Below are positions 12,859 through 25,598 of a stretch of 64,000 bases of DNA, piece after piece. The stretch lies in the NCBI GenBank assembly GCA_964234715.1, contig OZ174276.1, one strand, 5' to 3'. Each line of letters starts with the position of its first letter. Position 1 is the stretch's first letter. The notes below the pieces were generated by a model. That model ran no database searches and was not told the origin of the DNA. It was given only the letters and a program-made list of their open reading frames with translations. The position numbers and the translations under genes are program-made. Source of the stretch: Podarcis melisellensis. Its lineage: Eukaryota.

Positions 12859-13379
12859 TTTTAGAGCAGCCCCATTCTTTTGTATGTTTGCCTGCTGCTT
12901 AGCAACGAAAAGGGTCCTGCACAGTCAGGCACTAAAATTAACAAAGTGTTTCCAGAGTTGAAGAAAGGCACTTGAGGATCACAAAGATAAAACCAACCGC
13001 AACATCGAGAGAAGTTTCCAGAGAGAAATCTCAAATAAGTGGGTGGGTTGTGGCACTTAAAGGAGCAAAAAGTATTTGAGCTTTTTTTTTTTTTTTTAAA
13101 AAAAAAGGTTCACGTGACAAGACAGCAGTAAACCTTGCTACTTTATTTGCTACTTTATTTGCAAAAAGGGTTACTTGTATGCAAAGCACGTTGTAAGGAA
13201 GGAAAAGAACGATTGAAACTTGAAAGCTGTTCGATTTGTTTTTAAATAGAACAAAAATTAAGAAAGAAGGAAACATCCTAAATCTGTGTAAGAATTCATA
13301 GAGTTTTGCTGACTCACTTCAGGGGACACCCTGACCACAAAGAAATAGCAAACCTGTTTGTGTTCTGTACATGTCCTTT

Positions 13380-13480
13380 CATGGGCGTAGCCAGTATTTT
13401 TGTGGGGGGGGGAGAGAACCTCATATTTGTTTTCATTTTGACTGATTTAGGGGGGCAACTGCCCCCGGGCTACACTCATG
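13380..13480. mobile_element. hAT-type MITE (101 bp)
   Basis: TIRs CATGGGCGTAGCC / GGCTACACTCATG (2 mismatches); perfect 8-bp TSD TGTCCTTT at 13372-13379 and 13481-13488. Confidence 0.88.
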
Positions 13481-13505
13481 TGTCCTTTAGACATAAGGGT
13501 ACCAT

Positions 13506-13641
13506 CTGGGCTTTTTTTCCAGCTGCAATTCACCGGACCTCAGTTTTGGCACCTCTCAGGTGGGTGCCATTGCCATTAGAAGAGAACAAAGGAGGTGTTC
13601 ATGGTGATTTCTGGCATCTCTTTTTCTAGAAAATAGTACTG
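13506..13641. mobile_element. Short interspersed repeat, probable hAT MITE (copy 1)
   Basis: Shares GGGCTTTTT..CCAGC, CCTCTCAGGTGGG..CCATTG.CATTA, GTTCATGGTGA and CTCTTTTTC..GAAAA..TAG.AC with 15457-15600. Confidence 0.7.
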
Positions 13642-14988
13642 GGCACCATATTAATTTCAGGCCATTCATACCAAACCAACAGCAAACGTTCATACCAAAC
13701 CAAACCAGTAACTAGCAGCAAGAGACATTCTAGGCAGGTAGACTAGCTAGGACCCAACACACTCAAGAGTAAAGAATCCTGTAACCATTTGGGCAAGAGC
13801 CAGGAGGTGGTTGTGCATTTACTGCCTGAAGTGTGATATATCTCCCACTCCTTGAGAAAGTAAGGACTGGCGCAATGACCCCTTCCTAGGTTATCGAAGA
13901 TGAAAAAAATACTATTACATGGAGACATGGGCATTATACCAAGCAGAAACGACATAAATGAAATAAAAGCACTTGGGAAAGATATGATTAAAAACAAATA
14001 AACAGCCACTCCAGCTGCATTGCCCTAAGAGGCCCCCATAAATCTTCTCCTTAAACTGCACTTGAAAGAAAGAAATAAAAAGCATAGCAGCGTTTCTAAA
14101 TGGGTTTTTATAGTGTGAATGAATATGATGGCAAAAAAGGTGACAGACCTCAATGGTTGTTATTCTCCTGTCACACCTATATTATCAACAACACTTTAAT
14201 TTAGAACCCATGCTACCACTAGACGCTGCTGAACAAAGCCCAAAATCAAAAGGCATGCTTGGGAAGTCATGCAGAATAATGTTGCCTTTAGACCTTCACA
14301 ATGACAGTTTACTGCTCTGAGACTAGATTTTTGCCAACCAGCCCCAAGTGCAGGGAGAACTGCTTGGGGGCTAGTTTTAAGAGGACTCAGCTACGTTATA
14401 AAGCAGCCTGCCAGTAAAACATGGAGGCCAAACTCTGTTCAAAAATTTGCTTTCCAGCTGCCTTCAGATGGTGGCAGAGAGGAAGTTTAGTTAGCAAAAG
14501 ATCCAGCTTCTAGCAAATCGGTCCATAGAGATGGGGGCGGGGGGGGGGGATTGGAACTGAAAAAATAAATGCCAAAGTGTTGCACTTAAGGAGGAAGAAA
14601 GACATTCACTAAGGAACAACAGCAAGAAAGGCAGCAACATCACTCCTCTTACAACTTTGCCCATGCTTTTATGGGGTTGCTTTTAATTTGGCTCCTAAAT
14701 GCAACAAAGCCTGGTTCAAAGGCACTGGCATTGCATTCATTCCATCCAGTACTTATTGCATAAATTCTGCATCTATAATAAAGCTGGCTATTTTCGGTTT
14801 AGCCTTTGATAGAAGCTAAAGCGTTTGGTTTATATGGTACTGAAGTATTTGTTAAGGAAGGCAATGTTAGTGCTACATGTTCCCTTTTGTTCTGTTTGCC
14901 AGATCTACTCATAAGATAATGGGGGTTCTAAATCCTCCGTACTACCTAATAGCAAGCATGAAGATAAATAAGTTATTCAAGGTGTTAC

Positions 14989-15144
14989 CTCTGTTTGAAA
15001 ACCTTCCACCAAGATGGCAACCAACAAGTTAAAGAGAACGTAGTTTCCGAATGTCATGAGGGCAATGAAGTAGAGGGCAGCCCAGGAAGAGGTAGAAGCC
15101 ATGCCATTGTACAGGACTTTATTCCAGTCTTCCTGAGTCAGTAT
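14989..15144 (-). CDS. CACNA1G: Cav3.1 exon 13 equivalent (156 nt): domain II filter and IIS6
   Basis: tctag|ATA CTG ACT CAG GAA...ACA GAG|gtaaca; [52 protein letters not shown]. The ORF track shows only its antisense shadow. Confidence 0.97.
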
Positions 15145-15456
15145 CTAGATTGGGGGGGCGGGGAAGGGGAGGGCACGTTAAGGGAGATAGAAGCACAGAT
15201 CATTTGCACTCTCTTAAAGTTAGTTTGTCCTGCTCAGTTGAAGTGAACAAGCATATTGTTATTTGAATAAATTATTTCAATTCTTTGCCATTTTAAAGCT
15301 TGTCATTCACATCAGCATTTCAGACAACAAAAACATAAATTCTGCAAAGACACTGGTTTCTAAAAACTGCATCTGGAAAACCAAAACTTAAGTAGGTTCT
15401 GTATTTTATGAGCAGGCATTCCCCACTCCTACCCCCAAAATGCTTATAGATCTCTC

Positions 15457-15600
15457 CAGGGCTTTTTCCCAGCCGGAACTCAGTGGGTGCCATTGCCATT
15501 TTAGCCTCTCAGGTGGGCACCATTGACATTATAAGAGAATGAGGGAGGCGTTCATGGTGAGTTCCGGCACCTCTTTTTCAAGAAAAAAAAATAGCACATG
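15457..15600. mobile_element. Short interspersed repeat, probable hAT MITE (copy 2, same orientation)
   Basis: Paralogue of 13506-13641, with a CAGGGCTTTTT...AAAATAGCAC end structure. Confidence 0.7.
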
Positions 15601-15791
15601 CTCTCTCTTAGCATTCAGTATGACATTTTGGAGAATCTCAAGCTGTTATCTCTTCAAGGGATGGGTGCTTGCTTATTCTTTCTGTAAATCAATTTGATTT
15701 TTTTTTTAAAACCTCTTTGATATTTGATTACCATCAACCAATATATAAATGCTGTGAAATAAATAACTGTTAGCCATAATGGTTGCATTAC

Positions 15792-15906
15792 CTGGAAAAC
15801 AGTAACGATGGCCCAGAGCAAGGAATCAAAGTTCTTCCTGTCGGGAAGAGTGTCTCCATCTCTCTCCGAAGCAAATTTACAGCCAAAGAGATGCATCCCA
15901 AGAATA
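15792..15906 (-). CDS. CACNA1G: Cav3.1 exon 12 equivalent (115 nt): domain II pore loop
   Basis: ttcag|T ATT CTT GGG...TTC CAG|gtaatg; [49 protein letters not shown] fits Cav3.1. Confidence 0.97.
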
Positions 15907-16486
15907 CTGAATGAAAGGGGGAAAAGAGTATATTAAGCAGAACAAGATTGTATTGGAAAAGAGACTCTTCCACTTAGCAAATAATGTTTGGAGTGAAGTT
16001 CCTTACTCCTGCACCCTGCCACTCATGGAGGGACAAAGAAAAAAAAGAAACGAAATGGGAATTCAGCTTTTAGGAAGCTACTTTCTCTGAGCTCTGACAC
16101 CATGCCCTGTGGTGACTAGCAGTTGAAGGCTCATATATGATAAGGCTTCATTTGTTGGAACGAAAAAGTTTGAAGACCCTCACATTATGAAGACTGTTGG
16201 ACTCTTGAGGGTTCACAAACTAAAAACCAAAGTGTTGCTCAGCCTGGGGAATTTCAGAGTTAAAGCCATCAGAAGTAGAAGCATACTACAGCACTCAGGT
16301 GGGGGAAAGAAATAACTACCATTTTCAAAAGATGCAGAGTTGTAGCACTGTACATTAAATCACTTTCCAACTTAGCAACTTGTACTGTTTTGCCACGGCA
16401 CATAAATTAATATTGGCCGATTCCACCTCAAAGCACAGACACAACAGGCTTCAAAAGGGAATGAAGGGGCTCATTTAAGTACCCAC

Positions 16487-16672
16487 CTGAAGATAAATAT
16501 GAAAAGCATCAGCAACATGCAGAATGTGGCGACATTGTCCATTGTTTTCATGAGCACCACTAGCTGGCGCTGGAGAGCAGGCATGAAACGGACCAGTTTC
16601 AGGACTCTCATAAGGCGAAAGGTCCGTAGAACAGACAAGCCTCCACCCTGCTGTCCCACTATCTCCCAGACA
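16487..16672 (-). CDS. CACNA1G: Cav3.1 exon 11 equivalent (186 nt): IIS4 voltage sensor and IIS5
   Basis: cttag|T GTC TGG...TTC AG|gtgggt; [61 protein letters not shown](S), with R/K at every third residue. Confidence 0.97.
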
Positions 16673-17977
16673 CTAAGAAGACAAAAGAACAATGTTAAAT
16701 GGGTTCTTGTGAGGAAGAAGTACATCCATGCACAGAGTGCATATAGCAAAAGTGGGGAAGGCCTATAGTACAAACTAGCTAGTAGAGCTCAGTGGTGTGA
16801 AACAGGGATGCTCGCAGGATGCTGCATACTACATGAGACAAGAACTTCAGGTAATACAGACCTACAAGTATCTGCTGCAGAAATATGGAGGCCCAGGGGC
16901 AAATGGAGAAACATACATTTTCCTGGGTGTTTTTTTTTTAATGACTCAGTATTATCACCCACTGAAAATGTTGTTATAAACTGGGAAGGGGACCTCATAT
17001 TTTCCTATTGCAAAGTTATCTGTGAAATTTAATTACATCACAAGAATTGTGCTGTTCTGAGCTTTCTCTCTGGAAAAATCAATTTCTTCTCTTTCTGTAG
17101 TATATTCTTCTGTATGTATACTGCTTCCAGATGCAAACAATCTCATTTTGTTTACTATAACGTTGATACACGTTTTGAGACTGGGTACATATGCAATTAT
17201 GATCTGGGGAAAAAAGATTTCATAAATACACCAAATGCTCCTGTTTGGTGTGTTAACAGCTAATAAAGTTATATACCCAACACTTTTCATTTTCTTAAAC
17301 TGTTAATGTTTAAGGTGGACAAAGTTACTGAGTACTGCATATATTTCAGCTTTCCCCCCCAAGACCTTAGGATTTCTGAAAAAATTAAATTTCTAGCCAG
17401 AACTTGCATTTGAATTAAAAAGAATTATGCCAGCATACACTCCTAACATATTTTGCATGTGCCTGAAAACTGAACAAGCAGCCAGATAGGTATAAGCCCA
17501 CTTTGAGGATACTTTACTTAATGGATGAGTGGTAAATGTTGAACGATCTCTTCAACTGGAAAGTTCTGCAGATAGAAATATCTTTTTTTTGGTCATGCAC
17601 TTTTTAAAGATAATCTGTGCTAAAGGAAACAGGTACATTCTTGGCTGCCATTCCCAGTGTGTGGCTGCCACAAGGAAGGAAAATAGCATTTAAGTAGCTG
17701 CTGTTCAGTGGTTCCCCTATGCAGGAAATCCCCCTGAAGAAGTTATCAAAATGGTGCTGTTGCACATAATCACGAGAGATGGGAGACAGTGCTGGTTTTT
17801 AGGAAGTTTTCACAGCAGTTCTGGAGCACATATTCTAAGAGAGAGAGCAAAAGAACCAAGACCTCCATAAACATTTCAGACGTTCCTTACTATTTTCCTG
17901 CAGCTTTATTTTAAATAGCCCAGTTGGGAGAAATCACTTTACCTGCTCACAGAAAATGACAACTCCAGGCCAGTTAC

Positions 17978-18129
17978 CTGATCACTACGATGATCCCATC
18001 AAATATATTGTATGGATTTTTGATGTAGCCAAAAGGGCCGTACACGAGCAGTTTCAGAAGCATTTCTAGGGCAAAGAGACTAGTGAAGACAATATTGCTG
18101 ATTTCCAGTGCATTGGTGAGTTCTTCAGG
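17978..18129 (-). CDS. CACNA1G: Cav3.1 exon 10 equivalent (152 nt): IIS2-IIS3
   Basis: tccag|CCT GAA GAA...ATC AG|gtaact; [50 protein letters not shown](S). Confidence 0.97.
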
Positions 18130-19021
18130 CTGGAGAAATGAAGAAAAAGGAGAAACAAAAAATATATATGTCAAGATGAACAAAATTTGTGCTGTGATAG
18201 GCCAGGAGGTTCCAAGAGATGCGAGTAAATGTCAACTCAGTAATTACTGTATTCGTACAAGTCAGCAAGACAATGCTGGTGAATCTCTGGCCTATAAGTT
18301 ATTTGTTGGCTCCTACAGTGCTTTTTTGTAACTCCCGAAACTGACCCTAGCACACTATGAACAGCAGCTATGAGGGGGAATTTGGTATTTGATATCACCC
18401 CCGGCTCCCTATCTTCTGGTGACAAGACGAGCAATAAATTAGCAAGAGATTTTAAATTAGTCTTTATGGCATTATATGTTTCACAGGTAATTAGTACACA
18501 TTAAATACTGCAAGATAGTTATTAAAAGACGTTGAGATGTGTATCATAATCTCACAAATAAAGTAGCACAGGGAGCTCAAGGGCACATTATCCTCGATCC
18601 TTATATACACTCACTAATTAAGGAACTTTGGAAAATTAACTGCAACATGAAATCAATATTTTAAATAATGAGGAGTGATCTTCAGAACCCTTTTTGTTTT
18701 TGAGCATGCAGTTTGAGACTTGGTCTCAAATTCTTAAGCATATACGGTATATACGCCGCTTCAGTTAAATTGGTTCCATGGAAATATGCACTATTAAAGT
18801 ATCAAAACCGAGATACCTATACCATAATTTTGAAAACCCAGCAGACAAAAACAGAACAATCAGCAACATTTCAAAATGCCTAAAAGGTTTAAAAACAGGA
18901 ACACACACATAGGAGACAAAAGGGTTCTACTTGGTATCTAAAAGAAAATAAAGTTGGCAACAGGCAAGCCGCTCTGAGGAGCAAATTTCATAGGTGAGGC
19001 ACTATGGAAACAAACAGTAGA

Positions 19022-19205
19022 GGAATATAAGAACAGAAGAAGAGTCCAATTGGATCAGACCAAAGGCCTATCTGGTCCAGTATCCTGCTTCCCACAATGG
19101 TCAAACAGAAGCCCACCGTAAGGTCACGAGGGCCATGGCACTGCCTCACATTTGCTCCCCAGTCTAATCCTCCATGCATTTACTTAATCCTCTTTTAAAG
19201 CCTTA
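19022..19205 (-). mobile_element. Old CR1-type 3' end remnant
   Basis: The plus strand begins ATAAGAACAGAAGA...GGATCAGACCAAAGGCCTATCTGGTCCAGTATCCTG, which resembles the reverse complement of an older CR1 3' terminus. Recognised from memory only. Confidence 0.55.
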
Positions 19206-20890
19206 CCATTAAAAAAAAAAAAAGCCACCTAAGGGCTGATGCAGACCATGCATTTAAAGCACATGACCACCTTCAAAGAATTCTGGGAACTGTAGTTAAG
19301 AGTGATGGGAAAATGTAGCCCTGTGAGGAGGAAACTACATGCATAATTGTATACGCTTCTATTTTGTTCCTGATCCCCTTAACTTGCCAGTTTTTCTAAA
19401 TTAAAAAAACCCAAAAATAAATGTTGGAACCTTTCCTTGTAACAGTTGCTCCAGCTCTCTAAGCATCTATGCTGCCATTTTCGGCACTTTTCCTGGTTCT
19501 ACAATATCCTTTTGAAATACAGCAACCAAAACAGTAAGTACACAAAGTATAGTCATGCCATAGATTTTTTAAATAAATACTTCATGATATTGGCTGTTTT
19601 ATTTTTAATCCCTTTTTCTTATAATCCCTAACATGGATGTTGCTGCCTCCTCCCCCCTTTTTTTTACAGCTGCCACACATAGGTCAACTTTTTCATAATG
19701 TTATTCACCACGTCCCAAGATCTCTTTCCCGGTCAGTCAAACCAGCTCAGACCCAATCAGCTTATATTTTATGCCCAAATGTTCATCACTTTTCATTTAA
19801 CTTAATGCGCCGGGCAGCACTGGACATGCTACGCCTCTGACAGAAACAACTGCCTTGGGCACTTGCTATGTCCCCCTACCCAGCCACTCACTATGCACAT
19901 CCTCAGCTTTGTTCCCTAGTCTTTGGGAAAACTATAGTCATGAGCATGTTCTGATCCTCTCACCAATGTTACATGTGCAACTTTTACAATTAAGATGGCT
20001 CAAGAAAACACCACTGCCAAAAATCAATCTTTTTTTTTTTTTTTTGGTTTCATGATTTTCCTGCAAGAAATGCAAGCTATAATTTAGAAACAGACCCTTA
20101 ACCAACTCTCTGTGCAATTCCCTGGGGTTTTTTTTGGTTTATGTTTTTATTAAAGGACTTTTCATGAGTTGCAAAAGTACATTCGGCGCCTCTGTTTTCA
20201 AATCGTACTCTTTTCTTCACTGAGAGTGGGGAGGAAGAAGCAAGGTGGGCCTAATTAATACGTTGGTTTACTTTTTCGCACGTGTCTTTAAAACATGTAA
20301 GATATTAAACACATTTTTCATCTAAAGCAAATAAACCTTGACACACACATATCCACTTAATGTATACTACATACACACACACACATACACTCATTCTCTC
20401 TCTCTCTCTTATGTGGTAGGAGAGCTGTCCTATAAAGCAGTTTCAAATTGCCTTATTAAAACATGTGCTTTGAATGGAAAAATATCTTATTTACAATCTC
20501 AATGGCACTGAGGGAGTTGGCATATAGTCATTTTCATCCTGGAGGCCATATTATTTGAGAAGCAAATACTGAAGGCTCTCACAGTAGAAATACTAATCTT
20601 CTCTTTAATCTAGTATCCCACACTAATTTTTCATGCAGTTTTCTTCTTGAAATGTCACCCAGTGCAGCACTTGCAGCTCTGTATTTCCTACCAGAAAATG
20701 ATACATTAGAACTGTCTAAGCTTAATTCACAGTCTGTGAAAGAAAAAGACCCCTTCATTACTGTCAGTTGAAACAAACTAAGAATTTATGGTTAAATTGA
20801 TTCTAATAATGATATGGCTTCCATATCCGACTGTAATTCTATTTTGCTCCAGTTGAAAAAAACAAAGTACTCAAACTGCCCCAGTAGTAA

Positions 20891-20925
20891 GTAGTTACTT
20901 ACTACTTACTGTAGTAAGTAACTAC
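20891..20925. repeat. Perfect 15-bp inverted repeat with a 5-nt loop
   Basis: GTAGTTACTTACTAC-ttact-GTAGTAAGTAACTAC. Confidence 0.9.
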
Positions 20926-21465
20926 AGTACCTTTAATAGCAGGGCATGTTTTGCAGAAATGTATTTTGTAGAAGGATAGAGTTATCTAACCAGAGCAGAA
21001 ATGCTGTTAACAGAATATTTTTTTAAAAGACAGCCTTTTCTAACTAGTCATATTATGAAGACTTCCAGGAGTTCCCCTCTTTTTCCTTAGCAAAATGGCT
21101 TGTAAAATGTTGCTTTTTCTTTACTATTCAGTCTTCACTGCAATACATGTTCAGTACAATATATGCAGAGTAAAGATCACAACAGTAAACTGCTCCTTTA
21201 AGAGGCCACAAAGAGGGCGTATAACTAACAAGAAAATTAAAAACAAGTTTTTTCAAGCAGAAACAATGCAGCTTCAAAGACAGGATCAAAACAAAGCACA
21301 GTTTTGGTATGGCAAACCAGAAGGGCCAATATACTACAGACAGTATGCAGCTATGCCTGAAAATCAATTCTGCATCAGAATCACAGCTGGACTTCTACGA
21401 TCATAGCAGGGAGGCAGCTGGTGCTCGCTAGACCTGATGAGGCTGCTAGGGTCACATCAGATGGT

Positions 21466-21603
21466 CAAACCCGCCAACATTTCCCCAATGAAAATAGGGA
21501 CGTCCTAAGGAAAAGCTGGACATTCCGGGATAAAATCAGAAACCGGGATGGCTTCTGTAAATCTGGGACGGTCTCTGGGAAATAGGAACACTTGGAGGGT
21601 CTG
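21466..21603. mobile_element. Probable MITE
   Basis: Imperfect inverted ends CAAACCCGCCAA / TTGGAGGGTCTG and internal GGGAC/GGGAT repeats; no clean TSD. Confidence 0.5.
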
Positions 21604-23530
21604 TGAGGTCACAAGTACATGGCAAAGTTATGCCCCCCCCATCCTTCTCCCTTGCAAACATAAAGTAGATACTTAAGCAAGGCAATTTCACAAACAGCGC
21701 ATAACTAAATGAACGTGTGTTTTACTTTGGTTCAGAAGGTGTCCCTGCTGTCACAGTTCCTTCTCTGGGATGGGAGAAATGTTGTGTGGCCTCCACACCT
21801 TCACTCTGAAGAAGAACCTTACATTGCGACTTAGGTTCTTTGCAGAGTTTGGCTCTGTGGACAGGCCCCAAAGAACACATGAAATTGTATACTGGTTTGC
21901 TGCTGTACTGTCCAATTTTGATTCAAGTCAAACATTGGTAAACTGTTAAACTATAAAATTTTAATTTGCCCATTCACAAATTTTGCCAGGGGTGGCAAAG
22001 TGACAGCAGCACAGGTGCTCTTCAGAGCCACCTTGTCCACCTACCTCACTCTGAGGAAGGATCCTGCCAAGTGCTCTGTTGATGCAGCAAAGGCACTCCT
22101 AAAGTGGCAGGGCATGTTGAATTTTCCAACTTTCCAACTCCAAAATGAGGGATGCTAAAAGGTTTTAAGATAACTTGAGAATCCAATATATGTTTGGGTT
22201 AATTAATACAATTTAATGTTGCTTGGTAAATAAGTACTTAAAAATATTGATGTTTTAACATTTTGTGGAATTTCTAATAATTTAAACTTGTCTGATTATT
22301 TTTGTGTGGGGGAAAATGTGTGCAAAATTACATCAAAATCATCAAAAATGATAGGACATCAGATCGGCTTGCCAGATTTGGAAGTGGCAGGAAGATAAGA
22401 AAAGAAGGCTTGCTGAATATAAGCAGAGAAGTAAGCAGGATGCTTGATTATAATCAAATGAAATAAATCTTCTGTGATGATGAAAATGAAGAGCAAATAG
22501 CTGATGCCCAAAATGCAAATGATGGAAGTTAACGAATGACTTTAGGAAAACAAAGTACGCCTTCTACTTCTAATAAAAAGCAGAATACAGCACATTAAAA
22601 ATACATAATGTTGCTATGTAGAACCTCAAATACGGTATGTTCACCTGCATACCACAGCTGCCATCACCACTGCTGCCTTTATAGACCCTATCTGAAGAAA
22701 TTTGCCAAAATTAAGCTTCACTCCCTAAAATAATATGCCTACTGACATGGCCAGGGTGTGTGGGTGTAGTTGAATTGCCCCTCCTGATGTGCCACCTCAG
22801 ACAAATGGCTCACTTTTGGCTCATATAAGGGCTATATTTGGAGAGGAAACAAAACCACTAAACCCAAGGATGTCCTTCCAACTCTATGTTCTCCTTTCAG
22901 TCACTTGATACCTAGGATTCCTGTGGTGTTTCTCCTTACCCCAAAGCAGATAAAGTCTTCTCAAAAGTCTTGCTCCCTTATAATGATGTAGAGCCTCAAA
23001 AAATGGAAACTTTCCCTCAATCTGAAAGTAAAATTAAGGTCACTTCTAGCTGTCAGGGTATGCATTCAGAACATGGTGAAAGAAAAGTAACCTCATCCTC
23101 AAAATTAATCTATGGTAATTTGAACTTTACAAGCAGATGTCTAACCTCAATTACTCCATGCACAGCTTTGTCCATCTCAAATAAATGTTATATGACAGTG
23201 TTCAACAAACTTTGTCTCTGTGTAAATCAGCAAAAGACCTGGCCTTGCTACTGGAGCTTGTACTGATTTCATTAAAGCTGATTTATACTGCTCTAAGAAA
23301 GTGATTTTCTGCCCACATGTAACTTATTAGGTTTTCCAGAGATCACTATTTTACATCTTCCTGCCACTCACTAAACCTAAGATCAATGAATTAGCAGCAA
23401 CATCGGTGTACAAATTTTTCAATAGGAGTTGCTGCGGCATAGCTCTCAGAGTGCTCCCTCCAAATGCAGAAATCACCTCAGGAAATTCAGCCTTCTGTCC
23501 TTGACGTGGGTTTGACCTAATGAACATGTG

Positions 23531-23730
23531 NNNNNNNNNNNNNNNNNNNNNNNNNNNNNNNNNNNNNNNNNNNNNNNNNNNNNNNNNNNNNNNNNNNNNN
23601 NNNNNNNNNNNNNNNNNNNNNNNNNNNNNNNNNNNNNNNNNNNNNNNNNNNNNNNNNNNNNNNNNNNNNNNNNNNNNNNNNNNNNNNNNNNNNNNNNNNN
23701 NNNNNNNNNNNNNNNNNNNNNNNNNNNNNN
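23531..23730. other. Assembly gap (200 N)
   Basis: Run of N. Confidence 0.99.
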
Positions 23731-25436
23731 TCCAGTTGCCCCTACAAAACTACCTGAAATAACCTTCTAAGGTAACTGGAATCTACAATGGATTGATAAT
23801 GCTTAGGTTCATTTGAAGGGATGGAAAGAGTTCTTCCTCAGAACTGGTGGCGGTGGGCTCAGGAATGAGGTCAGCTTATATGGTTTATCTGACAGGAAAG
23901 CCATTTGTTACAAAGTGAATTTGAAAGTAAACTACAGCACTGTATTACACAATTTGACCCTGCAGCTGCAGTCTTCACTAGGTCACTGTAGCCTCAAGCA
24001 CATTAAAAGCTTAGGGTGGAAGGGTTGTATAGACTGTGTGCTCTACGCTCACCCAGGGAAGTACCCTCAGTTCAATGGCAGACTTTTTATTCCTCATTTT
24101 TATCACAGAGTGCCTGAGGAGAACTAATAATTCCCATTTCTCTCCTGTACAAAATCTACACAGGCCACAGCAATTTAGGACAAAAGGTGAATACACTTCT
24201 GACAAATGCAATGCAAGGTGAAGCCAAGAGTTTTGTAGTCCTGGAAGCAGCACAATACTCTATCTTCCTTCCCAACTCAATTTCAAACTGTAGGGTAACC
24301 AGCCTCATATACCACTGTACTTGAATCTAATTAATGCATGAAAGGGTCAATGCCATAGAGCAAGCTGTAGTTTGGCGAAGGAACCACTAGGCTAAGCTGG
24401 CCCTGTCCTGCCAGGCTTAGCCCATGTCACTTTCCCTCACCTTGGACAACCAATGGACAACCGATACTTTTGTTGTCACCACTCTAATGAGAATTTAGTG
24501 TATGAGGATTCCTGACTTGCTCTGGCTCAGTCACATGGCTTTAATCAGTCTCTTTTCTTTCAGACAAGAATGGAGTCTGAAATTAGTATTTTCCCTGTTT
24601 TGTAACAAAGCAATGTTTTACTGCCTGTGCAACCTCTTCTGACTGCTGTATGGAAAAGCACATGAATTTGACCTGTGAAGAGTTTTGTAAGTAAACAACT
24701 TTATGAGTTAGTAAATGTGTGGTCTCTCTTTGTACTAGAGAAATGGGATATATTAGGATTCACTGGAAAGAGTCCATTTTAAAGGCTTTACAGCCTCTAT
24801 TCCCACGCTTTTCTTTGAGGCATGCTTTGCCATGTTTAATCTCTACTGGGGTTCTCTCACCCAAGATTACTTGCCCCAGAATTTCCAACACAAACCATGC
24901 CAAAGAGATGTCCTATCCCCTGGTGCTAGCATGCATTCAGGAACTATGAACATCAGCCAGGAAAGCTCAAGGCAGCAGTCATTTGCAAATGCTGGCAGAT
25001 AGGTCCCAAATGATGAGCTAGCTTTGCAACCAATACATTCTGCCCTAATTTCCTTGATTAAAGACATGCCTATCAGTGCCGCATAGCTTAGAGCATCCAA
25101 GCCCAGCAGTACGCTCATCAGCAAAGCGCACCCTCACAGCTTCAGTTACTCAGGCTATGACTGTGTGTGCCATATTTCATTACTTTATACTTTTCGTTAC
25201 TTGTGGCAGTAATGCTACTTACCTTTGCATTCTTCGCATTCATATGTGTTTCCTTCCTCATGGCATTGCAGGCTTCAGGTTTTAAGCAACTGAAATAACA
25301 GTGATTCATTTCCCCTGAAATAATGAATTTGTGCAATTTCACTTTCCCCCCAATAAATAAAGGTGCAGTGTGCTCCAAAAGATTGGGAAGGACAAACACA
25401 TTGAGAAGCGACTGGTTTTAAAAGTTTAGCTTAAAA

Positions 25437-25598
25437 ATAAGAGCTGTTCAACAGTGGAACAGGCTCCCACGAGAGGTGGTCGACTCTCCTTGTAAGTTTT
25501 TAAGCAGAGGTTGAATGACCATTTGTCATGTATGATCTAGCTGAGATTCCTGCATTGCAGGAGGTGGACTAGATGACTCCCGTGGTCCCTTCCAACTC
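25437..25598 (+). mobile_element. CR1 LINE 3' end fragment
   Basis: Aligns by eye with 48208-48372 (TAAGAGCTGT..CAGTGGAACAG...GCTGAGATTCCTGCATTGCAG...GTCCCTTCCAACTC). Confidence 0.85.

Noticed and set aside
23520-23770. ORFs spanning X runs (also 36328-36892)
   Set aside because: Artefacts of translating through N gaps.
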